In this document: positions 17,782 through 26,273 of the stretch, piece after piece
Layout of the letters: each line of letters starts with the position of its first letter
Position numbering within the stretch: the first letter of the stretch is position 1
Assembly: GCA_900752975.1 (NCBI GenBank)
Contig: CAADXH010000018.1
Location: forward strand, 46,904-110,903
Direction of reading: 5' to 3'
Length of the DNA: 64,000 nucleotides
Source: Bacilli bacterium
Lineage (GTDB): Bacteria; Bacillota_I; Bacilli_A; ML615J-28; CAG-313
Notes under the pieces: model-generated
What the model was told of the DNA's origin: nothing
Seen by the model: only the letters and a program-made list of their open reading frames with translations
The model's database searches: none
Translations under genes and position numbers: made by a program

Positions 17782-19935
17782 TTGAGAGATAACTTTCTTA
17801 AGATACTTCAGATATGCATCTCTATCAACATCTGGAACTCTAATAAACAATCCGTTTGAAGAACAATCATCTTCGGGCACATAGGTTTTAGTCGGTTTTA
17901 CAAACTTATCTGTATCTGGAATTTCTCCATTCTTCATCATCATAAAATGAGAATACAACATTCCAAAATCAGCTTCTGTAAACTTATCCATCTCACTTCT
18001 ACCATATTTGATATTATAATCATGTGCTAATCGTTCTTCTTTACTTCCTGTTGGGTTATAGATTCTAGTATATTCGTCTGAATATCTAGAAATACCATTT
18101 AACGAATTGATTGACGGACTCATAATATTACCCATCTCCTCTTTTTTAACTACTCTTAATACGTCTTCTGGACATGAACCATCAAGATTTGGAATTCCAT
18201 TCTTGAGTTTTGATCCATCTCTCCAATATACATTATAGAACGGTTTTGTACCATCGCTATTTAAAACAATGGGGTTCTGAACTTTCGGAACCTCAGTGTT
18301 TTCTTCCAAAATTGTCGGCTTACGATTATCATTGTTTGGAATTTCTACAGATTCATCAACTTCACATCCTTCTACATTCTTACAACTCAAGTCTAGTTCA
18401 TATAACGGTTTCTTCAATCCGACGTCACACATTAAACTAATACTATCGATATTCTCATAAGGATGATAAATTCCGGTACAATAATCCAATGGTTTTGTAT
18501 ACGGTTCAAATCTATGCTTTACCAACTTAATAGACAGATACTTTTCTTTCAATCTCTTGATATAAGAAGGCGTAATAATAAATGCACCATCCAAGTTATT
18601 CAGAATCAACATAGACTCACCAAGATTACTTCTGTCAATACAGTTTGCTAGATTAAGGGCACCTTTTTCTCTTGCTTCATCAACTTTCTTATTAGCTTCA
18701 CGATTCAATTGTCCTGCTGTAATTACTGGAATATCCATTTCTGCAGAAATCGTCTTCATCTCATTAATGATAGCACCAAGTCTTAATCTTTCTTCAGAAG
18801 CACTAAAACGGTCGATTGACTTGATTACATTGATATAGTCTACAATATAACAGATTACTTCATAATTACTTTCTGCTAATGTATCAGCGAAATCATATAA
18901 GTAACCTGTATCAATCGTATTACTCGGTTCATATTTGATAATAACATCGATAGGGTCTTTATCGTTTACAACCAATCCATTCTGTCTCATCAATTCAACT
19001 ACTTTATCACTATTTCCAATTTCAGACATTCTCTGACCAGTTACCATAGAACAAAGACGAGTAAAAGTTTCTCTCTTTGTATTTTCAAGTGTAAGATATA
19101 CAATCGCTGGTTTCTTAGTAGGGTCTTTGGTTTTATAGTTTTTATTATACTTCTTTAACTGCAACGCTAAATTCAAAAGAGTTAATGATTTACCTTCACC
19201 CTGTAATCCAAAGAAGCCATATACTCTTGCATTTTCAAATCCACCACCAAGTAGATAGTTTAAACCTACCATACCTGTAGATAACTTACTAGAAGTGTTC
19301 GAAACATATGTGTATGTGTCTTTCGCATAATCTTCAAAAATACCAGGTCTAAGAGATACAAATTCCTGTTCTGGATTTATAACTTTATTATTTCTGATAT
19401 GATTATTACAATCAGCAATCATACCTTTCCAATTATTAACGATTGCTGTTTTTTCATATGCAGACGCACTATCAAAATCTCTGCTGATTTCTGCAAATCT
19501 ATGGATATAAGAAGAGAATGTTGCACTATCAAGTAAACTTGTTACCATTGTATTTACATATTCTACATCTTGGTTCGACATTTCTTGAAGATTGATATTA
19601 TAATGTCCTGCATGTGTTACATCTCTAGAAACAATATAATCCATGACTTTCTTGGCGTCATACAAACCATATTTTAATCTTGCATCTAGTGCAAATCGAA
19701 TAAAATCAATTCTTTCAATATCAGCATCACTTTTATAGTCATTTGGGTTAATGATACTGAAAAGTTCTTTGATTGTTTTATATCCCTTAGTCTTGATATT
19801 TTTGTTTTCTGATACTAGATAAGAACAAATCAAATCTAGAATTACATAACTTAATTTTTGTGTAAGTTCTCTTACTGGTTCTGAAGATTTACTTCTTCTT
19901 GAGTTTTCATATCTTTGAGAAATTTTTACTGCCAT
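17767..19935 (-). CDS. DnaB-like replicative helicase with a ~260-aa C-terminal extension
   Basis: GLNYLLGGG...GLQGEGKS Walker A, a DnaB-type AGQLNREANKK motif, and RBS AGGAGG. Confidence 0.65.
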   Translation of the reverse strand: MAVKISQRYENSRRSKSSEPVRELTQKLSYVILDLICSYLVSENKNIKTKGYKTIKELFSIINPNDYKSDADIERIDFIRFALDARLKYGLYDAKKVMDYIVSRDVTHAGHYNINLQEMSNQDVEYVNTMVTSLLDSATFSSYIHRFAEISRDFDSASAYEKTAIVNNWKGMIADCNNHIRNNKVINPEQEFVSLRPGIFEDYAKDTYTYVSNTSSKLSTGMVGLNYLLGGGFENARVYGFFGLQGEGKSLTLLNLALQLKKYNKNYKTKDPTKKPAIVYLTLENTKRETFTRLCSMVTGQRMSEIGNSDKVVELMRQNGLVVNDKDPIDVIIKYEPSNTIDTGYLYDFADTLAESNYEVICYIVDYINVIKSIDRFSASEERLRLGAIINEMKTISAEMDIPVITAGQLNREANKKVDEAREKGALNLANCIDRSNLGESMLILNNLDGAFIITPSYIKRLKEKYLSIKLVKHRFEPYTKPLDYCTGIYHPYENIDSISLMCDVGLKKPLYELDLSCKNVEGCEVDESVEIPNNDNRKPTILEENTEVPKVQNPIVLNSDGTKPFYNVYWRDGSKLKNGIPNLDGSCPEDVLRVVKKEEMGNIMSPSINSLNGISRYSDEYTRIYNPTGSKEERLAHDYNIKYGRSEMDKFTEADFGMLYSHFMMMKNGEIPDTDKFVKPTKTYVPEDDCSSNGLFIRVPDVDRDAYLKYLKKVISQSKVG

Positions 19936-19978
19936 TATAATAACCTCCTATATTGAGTTTATATCTTTACATGATTGT

Positions 19979-20007
19979 TTAGTGTATAGTAGTTTAATAC
20001 TATTTTT
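19979..20007 (+). promoter_or_regulatory. conserved palindromic element TAGTGTATAGTAGTTTAATACTATTTTT
   Basis: Near-identical (26/28) to 24789..24816. It contains the inverted repeat ATAGTA-N6-TACTAT. Confidence 0.45.
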
Positions 20008-20033
20008 GATACGTTAACGTACATAATGCGTTT

Positions 20034-20075
20034 AATAACAAAAAATAAAGGAGGTGAATTACTCACCCCCTTTCT
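20034..20075. terminator. bidirectional hairpin terminator
   Basis: aaaggaggtga/tcaccccctttc stem flanked by an A-run and a T-run. Confidence 0.5.
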
Positions 20076-20095
20076 TTCTCTTTGCTGGAAAATTA

Positions 20096-20644
20096 TCACT
20101 TAAAGACTTTTTGAATATATACATGTCTATACATGGATTCAAGAACACGCTTGGTAGTTTTAACCATAACAAAACGTTTGGTAGTTTTATCCATAACAGA
20201 ATAACTCTCAAAATCAACCAATGCTCTTGCGTCAACATATCCTTCTTTCAGCAATCTAGTGATCTGAGTATAGAAAATGTCATGTTGACTTTTTTCTAAG
20301 ACAAAGAATATAGGAACATCGCTTGTTGTCAATTCATTATACTCCAGTAGTTTTTCGATTATTTTAACGCATTTTTGAATATTACAAACATCAAAATTAC
20401 GAACAATAATGCAAGTTTTAACCGTTCCTTTACAAGCCCAAACAATATCTCCATGGGTTATAGAAAGACTACGAATGAATTCTTTGCTATTTATTGTAGT
20501 ATCAATAAGATCAAGCTCAAACATGAATTTTCTATCTTTCTTATCTTGTTCGGACAAGAAGAATTTGCAATTCAAAATTCCTTCATTAACAAACTTTACT
20601 TCAATGAGAGTTCCATTAAAAATACTGTTAAATACATCTTTCAT
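20096..20644 (-). CDS. hypothetical protein, paralog B of the tandem pair (start moved to MKDVF)
   Basis: Its RBS context aatcGGAGGtatattATG is identical to paralog A. The ORF-track N-terminus MGIFLAE... is translated leader. Confidence 0.6.
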   Translation of the reverse strand: MKDVFNSIFNGTLIEVKFVNEGILNCKFFLSEQDKKDRKFMFELDLIDTTINSKEFIRSLSITHGDIVWACKGTVKTCIIVRNFDVCNIQKCVKIIEKLLEYNELTTSDVPIFFVLEKSQHDIFYTQITRLLKEGYVDARALVDFESYSVMDKTTKRFVMVKTTKRVLESMYRHVYIQKVFK

Positions 20645-20673
20645 AATATACCTCCGATTACTTTGAGTTCTTT

Positions 20674-21201
20674 TCAGTTTCTTGCTTCTGCCAAAAAGAT
20701 TCCCGTACTCTGCCAAAAAGATTCCCATACTTCGTATTTAGTTTTTAACATGGATTTATATATCTCATTTTTAGCCTTAAGCAGAACTTTATTATTTTCT
20801 AGCTGAACCAAGGTGTTCGCTTCAAGATACCCATTCATGAGTAACAAAATATCCCATTCAAATGACAAGTTAAGCAACCCAGTGTCGAATATGAAGAATA
20901 TTGGGACATCATCCATATTCTCATCTTTCACATATTGTTCAAGACTTTTAACACTCCCTACAATATCATTATTATCCCAGTCAAAAACAACTATGCAATT
21001 GTCAACAATACCCTTACAAACTTCATATACTTCTCCACGAATTATAGCGAGCTTCTGGATAAATTCTTCATCATCTTTTGTGATGTCGATAACCTCAAAT
21101 TTGACAAATCTGTATCCTTCATCAAATTCTTCTGGTGTTGGTTCGATAACGTAATCAAGAATTCCATCACATAAAGCTTTCTCTGTTTTTACATTTTTCA
21201 T
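20674..21201 (-). CDS. hypothetical protein, paralog A of the tandem pair
   Basis: Clear similarity to B (CKG(I/T)V..C(I/V)V, DVPIFF(I/V)). RBS GGAGG. Confidence 0.6.
   Translation of the reverse strand: MKNVKTEKALCDGILDYVIEPTPEEFDEGYRFVKFEVIDITKDDEEFIQKLAIIRGEVYEVCKGIVDNCIVVFDWDNNDIVGSVKSLEQYVKDENMDDVPIFFIFDTGLLNLSFEWDILLLMNGYLEANTLVQLENNKVLLKAKNEIYKSMLKTKYEVWESFWQSTGIFLAEARN
20688..20726 (-). repeat. tandem direct repeat: 2 x 17 nt (CTGCCAAAAAGATTCCC) with 22-nt periodicity
   Basis: Read directly. It lies in the last ~17 codons of paralog A, which also form the 5' leader of paralog B. The two copies are read in different frames (WESFWQ and GIFLAE). Confidence 0.7.
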
Positions 21202-21273
21202 AATATACCTCCGATTATAGGACGAGTTCTTTATAACAGATTTCTGTATCCTATTATCACTATTATAATATAT
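21202..21273 (-). promoter_or_regulatory. conserved ~70-bp promoter and 5' leader cassette, copy 2 (reverse complement of 497..569)
   Basis: About 90% identical to copy 1 over ~70 nt, including the TATAATAGTGATA box and the RBS. Confidence 0.6.
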
Positions 21274-21278
21274 AAATA

Positions 21279-22400
21279 TTATAAAGTTTCTGATAATATT
21301 TTTATCAGTTCGTCTGATGTTATAAACTCTTCTCCTTTATTCTGGTTTACATACTTAGCAAAGATTTCATATTCAGATAAGTTATTGTCGAAGATATAAT
21401 CATACTGAGCAAACTTATCATTTGTCTTCTGATTCTCTTTCATCGATTCAATGAAACCAGAATCCTGTACGTCAATAATTATATTCTGTCCTTTTGTACT
21501 GAAGTATTGTTTAACTGCATCTGTTGAAGTTGTAGCATTTCGAAATCTTATCTTCAAATAATCAATACCAGAATTCTTTAGTTGAATGATATAGTTTATG
21601 ATTTCCTTTACATCACAATCTACCATATTATCTAAGTTTATTGTATCGTATCGAAAAGATTTGATTGGTTGAAACTGTACAGAATATTGATGAGTCGGTA
21701 CATCGTATAAACAGATAAGAAAACCTTTTTCTTGTTCTTCTCCAAATCTCCATCTTAATGGACTACCAGAATAATAAATATGGTTTTGGTAACATCCTTG
21801 TACATGAACATGTCCACATAAGATAGGACCATTACAACGAGCAAAACTGTTAATATCGAATACTGGGCTTTTAACTGTATCTAAATCTTCTCTATCTAAT
21901 CCATAGATTGCACCTTTGATATTACCATGAAGAACAGCCATATCATAGTCCTGAGTATAATATAGCAATTGTTCATAATACTCTCTACCTTTGTTATATT
22001 CTTCTGGAATGCATAAAACCTTTGTTCCTTTGATGTCTTGAAACTGCATATTCTCTACAATTCTTATATCTACTCCAGAGTTTATATATCGATAGAATAG
22101 TTTCAATTGGTCTGCATCATGTGAAAAAGTACCATGTAATAATACAAGTGTAGCATTATTTTGAATACAAAGCTTTACAATTTCATCTACAAATAGTAAG
22201 GCATACATAATAACATCTGAGTTTGACATAAACTTATGATGGAACAAATCTCCATTAATAAAGAATGCATCGAAATGAATCTTTCTAACTTCATTTATCA
22301 TTTGTTCCATTAATATATCATATTGTAGTTTTGGATCCATTGCTCCAAAATGAATATCTGCTGTATGAATCTCAACTAACGTCCTATTATAGTATTGCAT
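21279..22400 (-). CDS. SbcD/Mre11-like metallophosphoesterase nuclease
   Basis: Calcineurin-fold motifs HTADIHFG, NGDLFHH, LLHGTFSHD, AVLHGN and CGHVHV. Confidence 0.75.
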   Translation of the reverse strand: MQYYNRTLVEIHTADIHFGAMDPKLQYDILMEQMINEVRKIHFDAFFINGDLFHHKFMSNSDVIMYALLFVDEIVKLCIQNNATLVLLHGTFSHDADQLKLFYRYINSGVDIRIVENMQFQDIKGTKVLCIPEEYNKGREYYEQLLYYTQDYDMAVLHGNIKGAIYGLDREDLDTVKSPVFDINSFARCNGPILCGHVHVQGCYQNHIYYSGSPLRWRFGEEQEKGFLICLYDVPTHQYSVQFQPIKSFRYDTINLDNMVDCDVKEIINYIIQLKNSGIDYLKIRFRNATTSTDAVKQYFSTKGQNIIIDVQDSGFIESMKENQKTNDKFAQYDYIFDNNLSEYEIFAKYVNQNKGEEFITSDELIKILSETL

Positions 22401-22475
22401 TCAATTCACCCTCCGATTTATAATAATTTTATAGGAAAGTTTTTTAGTAAATTAAAAAAAACATAGTTATATATC

Positions 22476-22492
22476 ATTATAGTGAATAGCAG
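22476..22492 (+). promoter_or_regulatory. promoter-like element ATTATAGTGAATAGCAG
   Basis: Motif-family member about 65 nt upstream of the start at 22555. Confidence 0.4.
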
Positions 22493-22554
22493 AAATGTTA
22501 TTTCCGACCCGTACGGAATTACGGAGAATTTTAAAATACAGGAGGTATTCTATC

Positions 22555-23790
22555 ATGAATACAACAGCAAACAGAAACACAGCAACCACACGGGAAATCA
22601 CTACTATCTTCGACAAAGCTATTAGCTTTGATAAGGTAGAGCCTTGCATTCTCTACTTAGCCGAAAGTGTAAACGGCAAGCAGGGAATTTTCTTGAAGCT
22701 GGAACATTCCAATGGAAACATTTTCGGAGCAATCAGAAAAGTTAATCCCAAAAGAAAAGTGAAGGCTGGAAGCAACAAGATTATCTTTAAGTATTATGGG
22801 CAAACTTATAGCTTGTTCTTAAATGAAGTAATGCTTATTGATGGCCGCACATCAAGACTGTTTAAAATGTACAATTTTCGTCTTCATTTCGAAGATGCTG
22901 ACAGGATTTATGACGGTTTGTGCAAGCATTTCAAAGCGTTAAATGCAGCCAATCAAGTAAAAGAACAGGAAGAGAAACCACAGACGAATCAGACTGTAGC
23001 ACCAATTGATAAGGAATTGTTTGACAATTTGATGGGTATGGCTATTAGTCAGACAGGTTTGACAGAAGCTGAAGTTACTGAGTATGTTGACTATGTTACT
23101 CGGTATATTCAGAATAAGAGAGAAGAGATGAACGATCTTAAAGAACAGATTCAGGAAATTTCCGAAGATATCTCTTCCAAATCTTCAGAGTTTGTTTTGG
23201 AAATTCAGAAGCGGAAAGAAATAGCTGAAAAGAGAAGAGCAGAAGAAGCTCGTAAAGCTGCTGAGGAAAAAGCAAAGAAGAAGCAGGAAGAAATTAACTC
23301 TGTAAGAGAATTTCTCTCTGGAGCTTCAGATGATATGATTCAGTATCTGAAAGCACAGCTTGGTGTTGAAGAAACTAAAAAATCTGATGAAGAATCTGAT
23401 TCACTGAAAGGTGATATCAATATGAAGGTTAGAGTTGTTCCTTCTAATAATGATGACTCTTGGAATTTCTTTGCAAAACACGTTAGAGAAATTTGTGATC
23501 GTTCATCGTTACCAAATAAAGAAATTCTTGAAAGACTCGTGAAGAAATCTGACGGCATGACCCTTAAAGAAATTGCCGATGCGATGGGGTTTAACTCCAG
23601 CGGAAGAATCGTAAGAATAAATGATCTTCTCAGAAAAATGAAATTTGACAAGATCTTAGGAACCAGAGTTCGTAAATCTGGTTATAAGATAGCCACTAAT
23701 AAAGAAAGTCGTGCCAATGGTGGCGTAACAAGAAAAATTAATTGTGAAATTTATAATGAATTGGCATCTGAATCTGAATATATCAAATAA
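22555..23790 (+). CDS. coiled-coil protein with a C-terminal winged-helix DNA-binding domain (start moved to MNTTAN)
   Basis: GGAGG lies 9 nt upstream of the ATG at 22555. There is a charged helical stretch EKRRAEEARKAAEEKAKKK, and a C-terminal region LKEIADAMGF...VRKSGYKIA that looks like a wHTH. Confidence 0.55.
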   Translation: MNTTANRNTATTREITTIFDKAISFDKVEPCILYLAESVNGKQGIFLKLEHSNGNIFGAIRKVNPKRKVKAGSNKIIFKYYGQTYSLFLNEVMLIDGRTSRLFKMYNFRLHFEDADRIYDGLCKHFKALNAANQVKEQEEKPQTNQTVAPIDKELFDNLMGMAISQTGLTEAEVTEYVDYVTRYIQNKREEMNDLKEQIQEISEDISSKSSEFVLEIQKRKEIAEKRRAEEARKAAEEKAKKKQEEINSVREFLSGASDDMIQYLKAQLGVEETKKSDEESDSLKGDINMKVRVVPSNNDDSWNFFAKHVREICDRSSLPNKEILERLVKKSDGMTLKEIADAMGFNSSGRIVRINDLLRKMKFDKILGTRVRKSGYKIATNKESRANGGVTRKINCEIYNELASESEYIK

Positions 23791-23826
23791 ATTTCTAATG
23801 TCCTGTGATGCAGTTGTGATGTAACG

Positions 23827-23863
23827 AATAACAGAGTGGATTTTCCCACTCTGTTATTTTTTT
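23827..23863 (+). terminator. rho-independent terminator
   Basis: aacagagtgg/ccactctgtt stem followed by TTTTTTT. Confidence 0.7.
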
Positions 23864-23907
23864 ATATTTAACCTCAGATTAACTTTTTTATAAAGGAGGT
23901 GTATTAT

Positions 23908-24723
23908 ATGGATAACTACTTACTATTTGAGTCAGGTATAGATTATAACAGAGTGTTTGCTCATCGAGGTGATATATTTATCTGCGAAGGATTATTCAAA
24001 CCTATGTCTGATATCGAGGAAAATGACCATATAATAGCAAAACCGAATAGACCGGTTTTAATTATTTCTGATGACATACATAATGCTGATATTGTGAAAG
24101 TGTTACCGTTCTCTACAAAAGCTGGTTCACTTGATCAAGAGTCTATTACTTCTGGGAGAGTAATTAAAGTCCCTGGCATTAAAAGTGACACAAACTCTAA
24201 TTACATCGATGTATCTCAGATATTTACGATTAATGTATATCAATTGAAATATAAGTTAGGACATGCTTCTCAAGAAATTGTAGATGCAGCAGTAGCATTA
24301 CATACACTACAAAACGTTGCTAATGCTACATCTATTAATACGATTGTCAAAATTTTTAAAGAGAAATTTCCGAATGCTCCTATTTTTAATCAGTTAAATA
24401 CAATCACTACAAATAGCTATGCAAATGGTCAAACAATATTTGTGAATAATATGTATGATCCTTCAGTCGATTTGTTCTCAGAGGTTAAACAAGTTACATA
24501 TGAAGAACTAATGGCTGAGAATGCAGCTAAGCCAGTATTAATGAATCCTGAAACAAAAGAACAAGCATACGAAATTTACCAAAAATGGCTATCTATGGGA
24601 ACAGATCTATTTAGAGCAAAATATGGTTTAACAAAACAACAATATATTACTTTGCGAGATAGGTGTGTTTGTAAGATGCTTGGAAAAATTGCAAACTTTA
24701 AGAAACATGATTGGAGTGCATAA
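23908..24723 (+). CDS. MazF/PemK-like endoribonuclease domain (N-terminal ~125 aa) fused to a ~150-aa C-terminal domain of unknown function
   Basis: HRGDIFICEGLFKPMSDIEENDHIIAKPNRPVLIISDDIHNADIVKVLPFSTKAG aligns with PemK/MazF/EndoA (RGD(I/V)(Y/W)..L.P..G.EQ...RPVL(V/I)(I/V)S.D......VV(V/L)P.TS). AGGAGG lies 8 nt upstream of the ATG at 23908. Confidence 0.65.
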   Translation: MDNYLLFESGIDYNRVFAHRGDIFICEGLFKPMSDIEENDHIIAKPNRPVLIISDDIHNADIVKVLPFSTKAGSLDQESITSGRVIKVPGIKSDTNSNYIDVSQIFTINVYQLKYKLGHASQEIVDAAVALHTLQNVANATSINTIVKIFKEKFPNAPIFNQLNTITTNSYANGQTIFVNNMYDPSVDLFSEVKQVTYEELMAENAAKPVLMNPETKEQAYEIYQKWLSMGTDLFRAKYGLTKQQYITLRDRCVCKMLGKIANFKKHDWSA

Positions 24724-24726
24724 TTA

Positions 24727-24766
24727 AGATGGGTTGGATTTAGTTCCAACCCATTTTGTTTTTTCT
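24727..24766 (+). terminator. rho-independent terminator
   Basis: aagatgggttgg/ccaacccatttt stem followed by TTTTTT. Confidence 0.7.
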
Positions 24767-24780
24767 GAATATTTGAATTA

Positions 24781-24817
24781 TATAATATAATAGTGAATAG
24801 TAGTTGAATACTATTTT
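24781..24817 (+). promoter_or_regulatory. promoter-like element TATAATATAATAGTGAATAGTAGTTGAATACTATTTT
   Basis: It contains a TATAAT box, the TAGTGAATAG motif and the palindrome ATAGTA-N6-TACTAT, about 45 nt upstream of 24861. Confidence 0.45.
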
Positions 24818-24860
24818 GTACTGTCGAGGATTACAGAATCATCATTAAGGAGGAGTCATT

Positions 24861-25226
24861 ATGATTATTAATGACAAGAGCACAGTCGTGCTCATCAACA
24901 ACATTGATCTCGATGATGTTAAAATCTCGAGAATCAAACTCGAAAATATGTTTGGAAAGGAGGAATTAAAGGGTAAGTATATTACCATTTGGAACAACAA
25001 CTGCCATACCGGAACTTATCCAACTATGTATAATATCAAGGAAGGATTCAGTGTTGATTTCATTTTTGCCAATGTATTTATGACTAGATACACTGGCGAA
25101 ATTATCGTAAATGGTGTCGAACTCTATGTCAACGTTATTTGTGATGAATTCGAAAAGAGACCTGAAACTGATTTCGTAACTTTCGAACAGGCAATCAAGG
25201 GTTGCCTTAAGGAAACTGAATATTAA
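24861..25226 (+). CDS. hypothetical protein (121 aa)
   Basis: RBS AAGGAGG. Confidence 0.55.
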   Translation: MIINDKSTVVLINNIDLDDVKISRIKLENMFGKEELKGKYITIWNNNCHTGTYPTMYNIKEGFSVDFIFANVFMTRYTGEIIVNGVELYVNVICDEFEKRPETDFVTFEQAIKGCLKETEY

Positions 25227-25337
25227 TAGTTTTCCTTTAAAACCGATAAAAGAATACTGTCCGTCGTTAGATGGGCAGTTTCTTTTTTGTCGTATAGCTC
25301 GAACTTTATTATAAATGACTATAAAGGAGGAATCGTT

Positions 25338-26273
25338 ATGGCTAAAAATTATAACAATACTTTTATCTATACGAAATTTCCGTATGAAGAGAATATTTTT
25401 AGATTCTTAGTAAATGCAAATCGTATTGATAAAGATACTGATAAGTTTGAGGATATTAAGTATGAGTTTAAGAAGAGACAGATTGACAGTTGTCTTCTTA
25501 AGGTTTTGATGTCTAAGAACGTAATTCTGTGTGTATCTGATACTACACCGTTGAATACACAGTTCAGGGTTATTTGTGCAAGAGACCCTAAGTTTAAATC
25601 TAATACAGATTATAAGATTTTCATTGATTGTACCGGACTTATTATAATGGATAAGGACGGTAGTTATAAATGTAGAAGTATTGATATTCTTGTTTCTCAT
25701 ATTGTGAATGCTATGACTACAATGATTTACCATAAAGCTGAGAATCAAATCCTTTCTACACAATTGGTCAGTGATACAATGGAAGCTTTCTGTAATCTAT
25801 TTACGCATATAATTGACTATCTTGCAAAGATTTCTGTAATTCCTTCTTCTAAATCCAAGTGTCAATTCTTATCTTGTATGTACTTTACAGAGAACATCAT
25901 TCAGAAGGAATTTAATAATAACTATCAGCATATTGCCGGTAGAATTACAAATCTTTCTGAAAGAGAACAGGAAATGATTATGGCTCAGTGTGATGAAAAG
26001 GATTTTGAATCGATTAAATCTTTTGTAGAAAAACTTGCTGACTTAATTAAAGTTCCTGCATTGAAAGTAGATAATGTGATTGATAAATGGATGTACTTAT
26101 ACGGTTCTAATACTGTATTTGCAATTGAATATTATCCGGCATTGTCTGCTATGTTGACAGATGCATACTGTGGTGCATATATCAACAACCAAAAAACAAT
26201 TGAAAAGGTGGTAGGTAATACTTTAGTAAGTTATACAAAGAATGTTATTGCTAAAGGTGGGACGTTAGTATGA
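25338..26273 (+). CDS. hypothetical protein (start moved to MAKNYNN)
   Basis: AAAGGAGG lies 7 nt upstream of the ATG at 25338. Confidence 0.55.
   Translation: MAKNYNNTFIYTKFPYEENIFRFLVNANRIDKDTDKFEDIKYEFKKRQIDSCLLKVLMSKNVILCVSDTTPLNTQFRVICARDPKFKSNTDYKIFIDCTGLIIMDKDGSYKCRSIDILVSHIVNAMTTMIYHKAENQILSTQLVSDTMEAFCNLFTHIIDYLAKISVIPSSKSKCQFLSCMYFTENIIQKEFNNNYQHIAGRITNLSEREQEMIMAQCDEKDFESIKSFVEKLADLIKVPALKVDNVIDKWMYLYGSNTVFAIEYYPALSAMLTDAYCGAYINNQKTIEKVVGNTLVSYTKNVIAKGGTLV

Noticed and set aside
20645-20728. Apparent ~55-nt overlap of the two tandem paralog ORFs (B starting with MGIFLAE)
   Set aside because: The identical RBS context positions B's start at the internal ATG at 20644. The extension is translated 5' leader containing the tandem repeat.
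20375-21174. Plus-strand ORFs (143, 85, 113 and 79 aa) opposite the tandem paralogs
   Set aside because: Antisense, no RBS, low-complexity hydrophobic.
22495-22554. Upstream extension of the 22555 gene (MLFPTRTELRRILKYRRYSIMNTT)
   Set aside because: GGAGG is placed 9 nt before the ATG at 22555. The extension would start inside the promoter region.
25407-25763. 118-aa minus-strand ORF inside the 25338..26273 gene
   Set aside because: Antisense and hydrophobic/I-rich, typical of a spurious ORF.
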